Assembly (NCBI GenBank): GCA_002269645.1
Contig: NIVC01001126.1
Location: forward strand, 186,001-250,000
DNA length: 64,000 bases
Source of the DNA: Macrostomum lignano
Taxonomy: Eukaryota
Reading direction: 5' to 3'
Position 1 is the first letter of the stretch. Every line of letters starts with the position of its first letter. The translations under genes and the position numbers were made by a program. Below are positions 21,507-35,170 of the stretch, piece by piece. Below the pieces are notes generated by a model. It ran no database searches. It was given only the letters and a program-made list of their open reading frames with translations, and was not told the origin of the DNA.

Positions 21507-22340
21507 TGGGTTGACGTGGGTCGACGCCAACCGGAGAGACGGCTCAGCGTGCTTGGCTATGCCAATGACCTTGCCCTGCTGTCCTCGACCGTCGAGGGCG
21601 CCCAACGACAGCTGGATAGGCTGGTTGCTGTTTTGGCGAGCGTCGGCCTGGTGGTCAACATGCAGGCTTGGTGGTCAACACGCAGAAGACCATCGTGCTA
21701 TGTGTGCCGGATGACACCAAGGCTGCAATCTTCTGCCAAGGTGCTGACGGACAGGTGAGTGAGCTTCCAAGATGTCAGCAGTTTGTCTACCTTGGCGGTC
21801 TGGTTCCCGATGTCCGCGAGGATCTGCGGCGTCGCCGAGGACTTGCCTGGGCTGCCTTTTGTTCTATAAGGTCAGTCCTGCAGTCTGAGGCCCTACCGGA
21901 CTGCCAGAGGGCGGCACTGTTCCAGGCAGTGATCGAGACCGTCCTGTTATACAATGCAGAGACCTGGATGCTGACAGACTCACTCGAGGCTAAGTCGACG
22001 CAGCACACGCTGGCCTGCTGCGTGCCGCTTTCAAGATTGGCAACAAGCGAGTCACCAACACGGCGCTCTATCATTGCGCCGGCCTGGCCTGTCCTAGCAA
22101 TCTGCTGCACCGTCGGCAACTCCAATTGGCAGGCCATGTCATCTGCACTGAGGCCTAGGGCCTATTGTCCAGAGCCAGTGCAGGAAGTGCTGCTACTTAC
22201 GTTGCAGGCACCCTACCAGTGGGGACAGGCAAGGACAAGGACTCGGCGCTATGTTGACTGTCTGCTGGCTGATGCTGGCGCTCTGGACTCTGCCAGTGGT
22301 GCAGCCTTTGTTTGCGCCCAAGCTTCAAAGCATGCCATCT
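21507..22340 (+). mobile_element. 5'-truncated, decayed non-LTR retrotransposon (RTE-like) RT C-terminus
   Basis: LGYANDLALL (YADD variant), GLVVNTQKT, FVYLGG, AWAAF, VLLYNAETW. A short duplication near 21651-21686 shifts the frame. Confidence 0.85.
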
Positions 22341-23276
22341 GATGCTGCTTTTGCGAACTGACAGCATAGCCTACTCTGTTGTTGTTTGTTATAAATCAGT
22401 GAATCTTAAAAGATCCCTTCATCATGGGAGAAGAACTGTTTTCCAAATCACAAACTTACATGTAGGCCTAATGGTTCAATTTACTGTAGGCTAGGCCTAT
22501 ATTTATATTTATATGAATAAACATTAATTTGAATGAATCTGTTATATACATAATAGGCCTAATTTTTATTTTGTAGGCCTATTAATTTGACTGCAATAAA
22601 TTTAACATTGAACATGACTTTCATTGTTTCATGTAGGGGGGGGGGCTACAATTCATATTGTATGTAGTCAAAGTGTTGGAAGATATGGGCCCCTGTCTGA
22701 AAATGTGTCAGCAAAAGTTATACAAGTGGTCTAAGATGAGCTTGTGCTTGCCTACTAGGAGAAACAAGTTTATTTACAATATGTCTATCAATTTAGACCT
22801 GCTAGGCCCTATTCTATAAAAACCCTAGGTAGGCCTATCTTGCTCCTTGCACAAATTCTAGCCACCCTAAATGCTATGCTATACCATGATATTGCATATT
22901 TTAGCAAGGTTCAATGATGGACAAGGTGCCAGAAGCCTTTGCAGATAGGCTAGGCCTAGGCTAACCTGTCATTTTGGTAGTTGTGAGCTTGTTGTTCCGT
23001 GATGAGCAACTTCTCTGTTCACATTTAAGGCTTTGTATTGCTAGGCCATCAGAGAGACCACTTTGAAACTCAGAAACTGCTTGAATTTGTTGAATATTAT
23101 AAATATAAGAGCCAAAGGTCCATTTTATTATTGGATTCAACCCACTTCGGCGAAGGAATTTTTGGCGAAAGTCAATAACGGCGAAAAAGACTATATATAT
23201 ATATAGAATAATATGTATATATAGATAATATATATATACATAGAAAATATCTGTGCTGCTGAAGACGACGAAGAGA

Positions 23277-26200
23277 GGGTGATTCTCATCGAGAGGTTTC
23301 GGAGGTTTTGAGGTTTTTCAGAGGTTTCATTTCGAACAAATTTTTTTGCACAAAAAATTTAATACTGTACAAAAATTAAAATCTTACTAAAATTTGCTAA
23401 TGAATACAAATTTTCTTTAGAAAATAGCTCGGAGGTTTCGGATTCTTTTTAATTTTGCTTCTGATAGGCACGCGCGGAAATTATTTAACTTAGACAACTA
23501 TTTTCATGCTTTGAAAGTGGTTTTTTAAAACACTACGCAACACAACACACTGGTAATGTCATCGTTGCCATTGGCATTTACATTCAAGGTGCATAAATAA
23601 AATAAAAATATTCGACTTGAAGGCGCTGCTTGAAATATACTGAAAACATATAGACAGCTAGCTGTTTCATCCGTTTCCCGTTTTTTACTTTTGAGTGCTG
23701 CATACCATTTTGCATTCGAATTATGTTATGACATTGATGTGATGTTATGTTATGTTATTACATACTGCCTCACAGAAGTAAATAGCAGAATTATTGTTGT
23801 CTCAATGTTTTTTTATAAATATTTGAGGGCCTGGAATTACAAGTATGCATTTTACTTTTAACTACTTAAAGCAGAGCATTTTTCTTTTAACTACTTAAAG
23901 CAGAGCATTTTACTTTTAATCATAAAATTAATTTCAATTACTAAATGCTATTAGCTTTTCTCTCATAAATAACACTAGTTGCACAACTGTTACTGCTGAC
24001 AAAAGCTCTAACACGTTAGAGTCAGTTCTTATGCAAACAAAATGCTTGCAGTAAGACTTTGTACATGTATTGCACTACCCTTGTTTGATGCTAAAAATCT
24101 ATGTTGAGCAATAAACTAGATAGCTGATACCAATATATTTACTAGAGTTAAAACTAAAAAGTCATTGGACACATTTTTGACATTGTTTATTTTAAAATAA
24201 TATAATTTCTTCAACATAAATGTATTGGCATCTTTAAAGATTGCAAGAATAAATGTATAGGAAAATCATTATGTTTCTTGACTTTTGAAATTGATTGTTT
24301 ATGAAAAGTTATAGATGAAAGTAATCAATACCTTTTATTTCAACATGCCTTATTTCAGCTGCCAATACCATGCCTGAACTACCGCTTGCGTGGTCTCCTG
24401 CCTGCATTTTGAGCCTGTACAGGCCAACAATGCTTCATGTTTGTCTAATCTAATAACAGGCATTATGGCATTCCATGTCCTATACCCACTTATGTTGCGA
24501 CTCAGTGCAACGTAGCTCGCCACCCTTAGAGCTTTGGCAGGCTGGGTTGCTTTTGTGGTGGCAATTGGTTTGGTTGTCAGCATACAGAATATGGCTGTGC
24601 TCTAGCTACTAACCAGATGACATAAACCGACAGCCTAGGGGCTAATCTACTGCACACTGCCTTCGAGATGAGTGACTGAAGTTCTTCAACTGCTTGCTGG
24701 CTGACGGGATACAGCCTTCGTTTTTGCAGGCATCATCTTTCATATGCGCATTAACTCCCAAAGTTAAGAACTTCACTTTCATCTGAGTAAATAAAAAGAC
24801 AAGACTTATATTCTCTCATGTACATATCTGAAATGTGAACTTTTAAACTGTTTTTATTTGACTCTCAAAGAATATTTTTATATAGTGTATTTAGGCAATG
24901 TAACAGCAATGTATGGATAAATATACATACTGATAGAGAAAATACAAAACGTTCCTTCTTTGTTTTTGAAACGCATTCTTGCAATGTTCGATGTTTTAAA
25001 AAAAGGCCTAAAAAATAAGGCAAGACCAATTGGAAACTACTGTGAAGCTCATTTGCTTGGATCAAGCTTGCGCATTTGACGCATGCTGGCTGACATTGGA
25101 TTATCTATCAGACTTGGAGTCTCGCCACACTAAACCCTTGAAAAAACATTAGCCAGCCTTTTGAGATGCAGCATAGCATTCCAGGTTCAATGGCATGTCT
25201 ATGAAGATTGCATCCTACATCGTCAAGACCACCGACGTGATTGAGAGCTCAATATTGTAGGGTGAGGAACATGGGCGATGCTTCTCAGTGTGCGGTTTCC
25301 GCTACGGCCAGCAAAGTGCAATCGGGCAGTCGCATTATGTCAGTTGTAGTGAGTTCCATTTGGATCAGTAACACTCGGCTGCTGCTGCTGAACAAAAATG
25401 ATAGGTGTGAGTTCCCTTGGCACAATTCCCTCAGGGCAATCAGGTGGGCTGCAAATTCCTCTCCAAGATTGGCACCAGCATGCCTGACATTGCTTTTCAT
25501 GGCCTCCAATTGAGACTATCGAACCAGTTGATGCTGGAAGCCCAAAAATGCGACAATGGGACTCGAGTGATGCAATGATGAGCAACAACGCTGAAGTCGA
25601 GCCGTGCCAAAAGCATATCGCGCCAACCGCGACTTCTAGAAACATATCATCTTGTGCAATGGTATTTTAGTAGGCCATTGCTTTGCACAAATTCCCATAG
25701 TTTGATGGGTTCTGGAAAGATGGCATGATTGAGAAATACAATGTTAGTCTTACATTTTAGTATATGGGTGTAGTGTAAGTACTTAAAATCATAAGAAAAT
25801 CTAAAGATTTAGAGCCTTCTCCCCAACATGGTTGGCACCATGCATTTCATTGGCATGATAACTACTGTGGATGATAAGAGAATATATTTGTTTAATATTA
25901 CAACAAATAACTTATAAAGTAAATTAAAAATTGAATAAAAATGTGATAACTAGATATACATAAGTACAAGCTACTATTTACTTTGAATATTTGCATAAAA
26001 AGAAAGCTAGTTACTAAAAGCAAGTTACAAATGTATAAGAGTAATAGAAATTGTACTAGATTATATCAACTTAAATTATAACTGAATATAAAGCTATTAT
26101 TAAATTATATTTAAAATTAAAAATGTAAAAATTTCAGATCATTAGAGCTTTCAATTTTATAGGTAGAGGTAAAGCAGTAAAAAAAATTGCCATTTTTTAA

Positions 26201-29200
26201 GCTTTGTGAAGAGAATTATTCACTAGTATTAAAGGCTTAGGTAATAAATTTTTATCCTATGTGCATTGTGTGTTAGGATTTAGGATGATGATGTAAAAAT
26301 AGTAAATAATATAAAATAGAAAAATAAATTTTTTAGTATAATGGATGTAAAATAAAAAAAGAATATCAAATAGGTGAAATATAATAAATATATTTTACAT
26401 TATAGATCCCTAGTAAAATACTTAGGGCCTTTAGTTAGTTAGACTAACAATCTATATTAAATAGCGACTGATACTGACTTGATGAAAAATACTGATTTGG
26501 TCTTGTTAGTCTTAATTTAGTTAGTCTGGCTTAAAATTGATAGCTTTCTTAAGACCAAGTCAAAAACAATATGAAATTCGTATTGGTAAATAGTGTCTGT
26601 TTTTAATTACATGGACAGGTCTAGTAGAAATTAGGATAGTTACGAATATGCATTTAAAGGGAACAACACATACTTGTGACTATTCGCAACTTTGCGCTTA
26701 TGAAATGAAAAGGAAGCAATGAAAATGGCATGGCATAAAATGTGTCAGTTGGGTCGTTCTCAAATTCTGGGAGGAGCGAAAATTTTAACAATTTTCGGAA
26801 CATTTACTATTGTTACTGCCGTATTGAAAATAATAGGACACTTTCATCTGTGAATAAAGATAATTTTTGGGTTGAAATTTATGTTGCAAAAGTGTTTTAA
26901 GTTGTCTTGCGGTATTAGGCGATATTAGGTGATGAAAAAATTCAAATTCAATCACTTCACCGATGTCCTAATTTTTGACACTATGATGTCTGTAGCTAAA
27001 AAAAGTTGTTGTTGAGTTGAAAACTTGCTATATTACATTTAAAATGAAAGCTTATATAAATTTAATTTAAGATTTTTTTAAAGCTTAATAAACTGCACTA
27101 TAAATGATTTTATAGACGCTTAACTGTACGCCTAGCATTTCCGGTGGGATAGCCTCTTTGCGTCTCACAAAATGTATTTTTCAGCTGACGTCTAGAATAT
27201 GCGCTTAAAATGATACATTTTGATGCAGATAATTAGAAAAACATGTCTTAATATCTTTTTGTAAAAGATTGTTATGAAATAGAGCACTATTGTTGATAAA
27301 AATAATTAAAAGCAACCATGCATCGCAATAAACTCCTACTTTGAAGCACAAAATAAATATCCTGTAACCACACTAGCATTCTCCATGGAGCACCTTTTGA
27401 GCTGAAATTTTACACAGATATCCAGTAAAGTAAACTGAGCAAATGATTTTTTTTGTTTTTGAAAATACTTCAATTTGGCTATGTATCAGTTAGTTCATTG
27501 GACATATTTATTATATTTTTATTAGAATCCTTGTAACCAAGCTACAGAGAAACATGTGCAAAACTGGACCTTGAAATTTGACCTGAATGATCAGCAAATG
27601 TGTATCTTGAAATGATTTTTTTTATTTTCATCAAGTCATTCTATGCTAATTTTTTCTGAAGGGAAAGATACCATGTATTTAGAGTCAATAGGGGAAGCAT
27701 TTAGACTTATTCAATAGTCATTAAAATTGCAACTATATTATTATAATATAGTAATAATATTATACATGTATTATATAGTAATATTAACTTCTAAGATGCC
27801 CTTATAAATTTAAGTAAAGACAACAGGCCTTAATTAATTAATCAGCATTTTGAAGAAACTGACCTTATACAGATGGGCCCCAAGCTAAGAAATGAATGTA
27901 GAGCTTATTTCGTGTAAGGTATAAAAATCAATTTATTATAATATTAAATACTCCTAATAAATTGGTTAAATTAGTTATTTACCTTGAATTAATTTAATTT
28001 AATAATTAAATATATAAATTTGTTTCACTTCTTACTGCATTTAAATAGAGTACCTCTCTACTATACTATAGAAGTATAGTAAAAGTATATGGTAAAAAAG
28101 TATAGTAAAAAATTTTCTTTGGTTTAATCCCAGCTTGCCTCAGTTTTTTAGTCTTAATACGAGCTAGATAGTAAGTGTTGATTAATTTGCTCCATCACCT
28201 TTTGCCACGGAAACAGCACATGTCGGACATGCAACACTCTTCCTGATCCCTGGATTCAAGATGACTGCTTCTGCTTCTTCAATGCTTGAAAACTGAGCTC
28301 ATGGAGCTTTAGGTTATGCTGTCAGAGTGCTGCTGCCGGTGCTGTGTGTGTATGTGTGTGTCTTCTGCGGGTAGGTTCCCTGTCCCTCAGTTTAGCCACT
28401 GTTGTAGGCTAACTGGAGGAATTGCCGTTGTCGGTGCTGCAGGTGGCACTGCATGGTAGTATTGACGCTGTCAGTGACGCTGGCAAAGGCTTGGACGAAG
28501 CTAGGTGCCGTCATTGTCAGGAGGACATGCGTGTGCTGCTTAGACCAGTGCGCACATTCGACTGGACTCGTATCTGGTGCAGTCTGGTGTATTCACTGAG
28601 ATTGTGTGGATCTGCCTCCTCGCATCACCTCAACCAGGCTCAATTTCTTTTGTAGAATTTTCGTGCGCTGCTTAACTGCATCTTGTGCCTGCTGAGTGAT
28701 GCCAAGAATTGTGCCACACAATAATTTGGCCCATAAACTACTCGTATATTATACATATGTATGCACAGCACACACACACGCAGTTCATTCACATTAAACG
28801 TACTAGTTAATGGAATTCTCATCTCATGAGCTCCAGTCTATGGACAAACCTGAAATTACTAGAATATCTAGACAGATCTAAACTTCTTTGAGCAGCGCGC
28901 TGCGCTGCGAGAAAATACATGTAGATTCCTTAGCGCAACTAATTAATAGTGTAGTACAGTCTACAGCCTGAAGTAGCCTGTGTAAGATGCGGAGGGATGA
29001 TTTTTGCATAGGAAGCCACTACGGTAAGGTTGATGGAACTATGGGGAGGTGAGAGATTCAAAGCGAGGGACGGAAGCCATGCATAGTTCGATCATAAGTT
29101 TGATTATTGCATGAGTCTGGGGATGCATTAACGAGAGGCAGACGAGAGCATAGAAATAAAGCGGGCTAAATATATTAATACACAAAATTACATGTACTAG

Positions 29201-30784
29201 CTAGTAATTTCAGAATGGTCAGCGACTCCTCCGATTTGTATCCGCGACCGCGTGCCCACAAATCCCCCGGCAGACCCTGTCGCAGTTGGTGGTTGTGCAC
29301 AGAATACAATGTTAATTTTCGAGCTTCTCTGCAAAAAATGCGTGATGCACTCAAGATGCGTGCTATAGTCTACTTCTTTGATTGATGGCTGGGTTTTGCC
29401 TTTTCGCTTGTGATCATCAAAAGCTTGGGCGTCATTGCTACGGTGTTTCAGTGTGCGCATTATGTCTGGTTATCATATTATGTGCATGTGCAGTGTCTTT
29501 TACCTACATTTTTGTTTGTCTCTGTTTCCTGCATGCCTTTCGCATTTTTACACCTCGCACATCCTCATTTTTCTCAATTAACAAGTGAAATCTTTTCTTA
29601 AATACTAATTGCTATTTTAGTTAAGCTAGTAGGTTTTTGGTAATTAAATAATTCAATTTTGTCTATTTTCCAAAAAGTTTCAAAAAGTGAATTAATTAAA
29701 ATAAATTTGAATTATTTTAAGTTAATTGGAGTAAAATGTCTAATAAGTAACTATGATTTTTTATTTTAAGTACATGTAGCTTTGGTATAAGTATTAATGT
29801 AATGAGTACTTAAAGTAAAATCAAGCAAGTTATAGTTTTCAGAAATTATGCTACAAATAATCAAATATATACTAGTATCTGAATTCCTTTATTAAGGAAC
29901 ATGCAGTCGATATTAAATCCACAATGTGCTTTTTGGTGTTCAAGGATAGTTCCCTGACTTTTTCTATTATTAGTTAGATTTTATTATATTTAATGTAAAA
30001 ATGAACAATTCTATTCAAGGTAAAAATGAACATTCTTTATTTGTCGAATCATCTTGCCTTTGAAAAGATACATAGTGAAAACTTGATTTTTAATTCAACC
30101 TTTCAAGACTTATTTAGACTTCTCAATTCAGTGATTAGTTAAACTGATCGAAGTTCTTTCGAGTGCATGCTATAATAATTTCGCACTTTTTCGCACACGA
30201 TAATTTTAAATGTCTGGGATTTAGAGCAGAGTAACAAAATGCTGTGCTCAAAAACATTTCCTTTGTCAATTTCTTGTTCTTTTATTTTTGCAAAAGAAAT
30301 TTAACTGCATATTTAAAATAAAAATGGAAGAAAATTTTATTTTCTCTTTAATATTTTTGTCGTTTATTTTCCGCAACAAAGAATAACAAATAGCCTTGAT
30401 TTCTTCTCAATTTCAAGTTTTCTTGTGGTTTTAGTAGCAGCTTCTTACAGAAATTGTCAAAAGAATTTTTTTTTGTACGATTATTGGTCGATGTATAAAC
30501 TTTTTTTGCAATAACAAAAAGTTGTGACCTAGCTTTGAGAACGACCCAGTTGACTACCACGCATAAAAACAGTTAAATAATTTCCGCGCGTGCCTATCAG
30601 AAGCAAAATTAAAAAGAATCCGAAACCTCCGAGCTATTTTCTAAAGAAAATTTGTATTCATTAGTAAATTTCAGTAAGATTTTAATTTTTGTGCAGTATT
30701 AAAGTTTTTGTGCAAAAATATTTGTTCGAAATGAAACCTCTCAAAAACCTCAAAACCTCCGAAACCTCTCGATGAGAATCACCC
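23277..30784 (-). mobile_element. Mutator-like (MULE) DNA transposon, 7508 bp, decayed interior
   Basis: 214-bp TIRs at 23277-23490 and 30571-30784 start GGGTGATTCTC. The 9-bp TSD acgaagaga lies at 23268-23276 and 30785-30793. Only weak, interrupted coding remnants are present inside (minus strand). Confidence 0.85.
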
Positions 30785-30985
30785 ACGAAGAGAGTTTAAA
30801 TGGCGAGTTTAAGGCTTTTAACAAATTAAAAAACAAACTGCATGACCAAAAAACAAACAGTAAAAATGAACGAATTTAGCAAATTAAATTGATAAATAAA
30901 AAAGTCGCTTGCGCTAAAAAGTTAAAGTAAAATTAAATTCGTTCATTGTAATTATATATACGTTGGTGCATTCACTTCTATACTG

Positions 30986-31549
30986 CAGCAACAGTCAAAA
31001 GTTCCACCCTCCAAATTGCGAAAACTTCACACTCACAATTCAACCCTCAAGTTACGCAACTATAAAGCCGCCGCGAGGAAGGGAAAGTTGATTGAATATC
31101 AATACTCGTAGTAAACGTCAGTCGCACAAATCATAAATTTTTTATGCATTATATTCAGTCGCACTCAGCCCAAGGATGAGGGGCGCAGAAAGTCCTGGGG
31201 AAGCTGCTCCGAAGCGTTTTCAATGGCATGATGCAGAGCTCTCCGCAAAATTCATGGTGGATTCTATTTTCGAATGTTGCGTTTTAGGAAGTCCCCAGAC
31301 ATGCTCGATGGAATTCATGTCTGGGGACCGGGAAGGCCATGCAGCGCAGAGTGCGCAGCTGTAGCTGTTCTTTCGGTTGACTGACAGCTGGCTTGGTGTG
31401 GCGGCGCGTTGTCGCCTCCTGGACCATTAAGCAGACCCAAGCCACCCCCAAGCGGCAATAATTAGCTTTGCGCGTGCCGTATGTTGCGTCACTCGCGACA
31501 AGTGAAAAAATCATCTCGCTTAGTGGGGTGGAACTTTTGACTGTTGCTG
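30986..31549. mobile_element. Small non-autonomous TIR element (MITE-like), ~565 bp
   Basis: A perfect 24-bp inverted repeat, cagcaacagtcaaaagttccaccc (30986-31009) / gggtggaacttttgactgttgctg (31526-31549). No convincing ORF. Exact ends and TSD are uncertain. Confidence 0.6.
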
Positions 31550-32150
31550 AGTATAATTCAAAAAGCTCTCAGTTTGCTATGCTTGCGCTGGAATCGTCGC
31601 AAACTGTCCTTGTGCAATCAGCTGAGCCGTCTGGGGCTCTGCTAGTGACGGCACCTAGCTGATTGAGCGCCTAAGGGCCAACAGTAGTAAAAAGTTCCAC
31701 CTGTACAAATCACGCGTAGTTAGAGAGAAAACCGTTTTCTGGATATATTGCTGATGTAAAACTACTGTTCGATATTTTCAATGCTGCCATCCACCCCATC
31801 CGGTTACAGTTGATGGCATATGTTGACAAGCGATCTTCTCACACAGGTATACGCTGCATGTACTGTAAATCTCTAGGGTGTATTCATGCAGTTGCAAAGT
31901 GCAGAGTTCTACATGTATTATACTCTCGTACACATTAGTAAAGCAAGTTTTTATGAGCAAAGAGTGATTTAAAGCTCATTCGAACTTTGGCCTCATTTGA
32001 TGACGGTGTGAACGACGAGCCTTTGGTGCTGTTGCGAAAGTGTTTGATTAATTTGTGTTCAATCAAATACTTGAATTCGCCGATTATTTGTGGAGCCACC
32101 CCTAATCCTTCGATTGTACTTTGTACAAGTATATGTACCAGCGTGCATTC

Positions 32151-32455
<305 letters not shown>

Positions 32456-32469
32456 ACTGACTTGACCAT

Positions 32470-34745
32470 AGCTTTAAATTTATTTGTCCTGTTTTATCCA
32501 GTGATCTCAATCTGGCCGAGTGGCACACGGAGTTTTGCAAGCTGGATCTCCCGCCCGGTCGGTTGGTTTTTATCCTTGATGGAATTTCTAGCGGCTTTCG
32601 TATCACTAATCGTCGGATGCGTGGCGACGAGCTGGTTGAGGTGGCAAACTACCATGTACTCCTCGGTTTCTATGCACCAAGAGTGGGTCGCGCCTCAGAT
32701 TGCTAATGAGCTTCGTCTCGGTCCTTTTCGTCTCTACGCTGCTGGTGACAAACCTCGCATTGTCAGCGTCCCTGGTGCGTTGCCGAAGTCCAACGGTGGT
32801 GTTCGCTTAATCCATGACTGCAGCCGGCCGCAAGGGAAGTCTGTCAATTCCGCTAACGAGAGCGAGCAGAGACTGTGTTTCACCTGTGTCCGGAACTTCG
32901 CCAAGAGGCTTAAGAAGAATTACTTTATGTGCAAAATCGATCTCAGCGAAGCTTATTGCTCATGCGGGATCCATCCTGACGACTAGTTTACCGGTTTGAA
33001 GTTTCGGTTAGGTGGTGTTGCTCGCGACACCTACATGGTGGACACGCGCCTGCCATTTGGTGCGGCTGCTTCCGTCAGAGAGGTCATCTCAGCAAGGCGG
33101 TCAGGTTGATGATGGTGCAACGCGGCTTCGTCAATACCGAGGCCTATCTGGACGATTTTGCGTTTTGCGGCTCGTAAGACGAGTGCGAAGCCTTCTTCAA
33201 TGTGTTGACATCGCTGATGGCCAAGCTGGGGTTCACTGTGAACTGGGCGAAGTGTCAGCGGCCTTCGAAGATGATGACGTTCCTCGGTGTGGAGCTCGAC
33301 ACCGTCAAGGGCCTGAAGCGGCTTTCAAACGAAAAAGTGGAGAAGCTTTTAGAGCAGCTGGACGAGGCTGCTGCCAAGGATCGCATCAGCAAGCAAGGTT
33401 TACAGCAGATCATCGGCAGGCTGGTGTGGGCTTCGCTGGTGATCGAATGTGGTCGGCCCTTCTATCAGTACCTAAGTACGCGCTCTAACAGCTTGACCGT
33501 TGGTCAGCAAGATGAGGTGGATGCGGCCCTGCGTAGCCAGCTGCGCTGGTGGAAGTCTGCTCTGTCAGCCCAGAGGTGGAAGACTTTCTGGTTCAATGGC
33601 GATTTCGATACTGCGATTGAGTCGGACGCCTGCCTGGTGGGCGGTGCAGCCGTGTTGCGGTTGTCGGGTGGCGTGAGTGACTGGGCACTACGTTACTGGG
33701 ACCTCGACGCGAATGCTTTTTTTGGGACCTGCCAATCAATTACAAGGAGGCCGTTGCGCCTCTAATGGCTTTGCTGTCGTGGCGGGACCGCCTGCGCAAC
33801 TGTCGGCTGTGCATCTACTGCGATAATATGCCTTCTGGTGATAATGCTGTTGCAGACGGTGGGGCTGCTTTGCATTCGTCAGAACATTCAGCTGTGTGCT
33901 TACCACGTGCCAGGGCCGTTTCAAATTTTTGCTGACGCCGCTTCTCGGCTGCATGAGGGCAGTCAGTTGTTTAATTTTTTTGCTGCGCTATCACGGTTCT
34001 CTGATGCGTCCCCCTCAGCCGCAGAGCCCGTGAACTACTCGGTTCCTCCTACGCGGCCCGCTCGAAAAGCGCCATCAGCTCACACGTGCGGTCCTGGCGC
34101 GCGTACTGGTCAGCCAAGGGACTCGACCCTGCCGGGTGCACTGTGTCCGCGCTGCTAAACTACCTGGCTGGCATCACGGGCACGCGTCTGCGAGCCTACA
34201 GTAGCATTCGTGGTCACGTCAGCTCGCTTTCAACTGTGGTTTCGGCAGAACGGCGCACAGGATCTGAAAAAGCACACCAGCATCTGCTGTGGGGCTGCAT
34301 GCGAGCGCTGGGGCTTCAGGTTAACCAGAAGCTACTGATGTCTCCGTCTGTGCTGCAAAATCTGTGGTCTATGGTTGACGAGGGCGACAATCGGCAACTG
34401 GCCTGCTGGGCGGCCACCATCACGGCCTGGTGGGGAATGCTGCGAAAATCGTCACTCCTTCGGTCCCAACCTCAGTTGGGTAGTGGGATGAGGGTGCAAG
34501 ATCTGGCATCTCATCGTGCGGCCTCATCTTGAGCTTGGATTTTGGCAAGACTATCCAGTTCCGGGATCGGGTGCACCGTGTCCTGCTGCCGAAGTTCCGC
34601 GCCTGCCCCGCGCTCTGCCCGGTGGAGGCGATTCGCCGACACCTGTGCGTCAACAAGCCGCCCTTCTTCCGCCCTTAGTGCTCATTTTTGACGGTGGTCT
34701 TCCCGCTGGTTTGTTTTTTTTCCCTGTGCCTAACTGCTGGTATTA
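32470..34745 (+). mobile_element. Decayed Ngaro/DIRS-type tyrosine-recombinase retrotransposon (RT-RNase H-YR)
   Basis: RT: FILDGISSGFRI, LPKSNGGVRLIHDCS, KIDLSEAY, DTRLPFG, YLDDF. RH: FLGVELDT, IESDACLVGG, LYCDN. YR: AWWGMLRKSSL, GKTIQF, LCPVEA. There are several frameshifts and stops, and the YR C-terminal catalytic part is not seen. Confidence 0.85.
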
Positions 34746-35170
34746 GTCCTGTTGTGTTTGGCTTTGGAGGCCCTTTTCGTTTCTGTGACAAATGCCAGCC
34801 TTTGTAGCTGGAAGCACTAAATGCTTGATCGAGCGATTGCTGAACTGTGTTTGCCGTCTTAATCAGACTTACTGCTAATGCGTCTGTGTTTTTCAACGGC
34901 AAATATATTGTAACAAAAAAATCATACGGGAGTTCATGTATGCAGCCATGCAGAGTATATATTTGATATTTGAGGGAATGGCCAGTTTCCCAGCAGTCAG
35001 GTTTAGCCAAATTGACATAATTAAAATTGGCTGAAAATCATTTACAGCTGCTCTATAGTTTGCTTTTGCCAGTTAAGTTGATATTTTGTTACCAGGCAAT
35101 GTGGATCATTTTAGTGATGGCTCTGGGGATTCGGTGTCCATGCAGCTCGAGCTTACAACAGTTTCATATT

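Noticed and set aside
26655-27830. Possible TTAA-flanked element nested in the MULE (ttaaaggg... start)
   Set aside because: No matching right-hand terminal inverted repeat was found.
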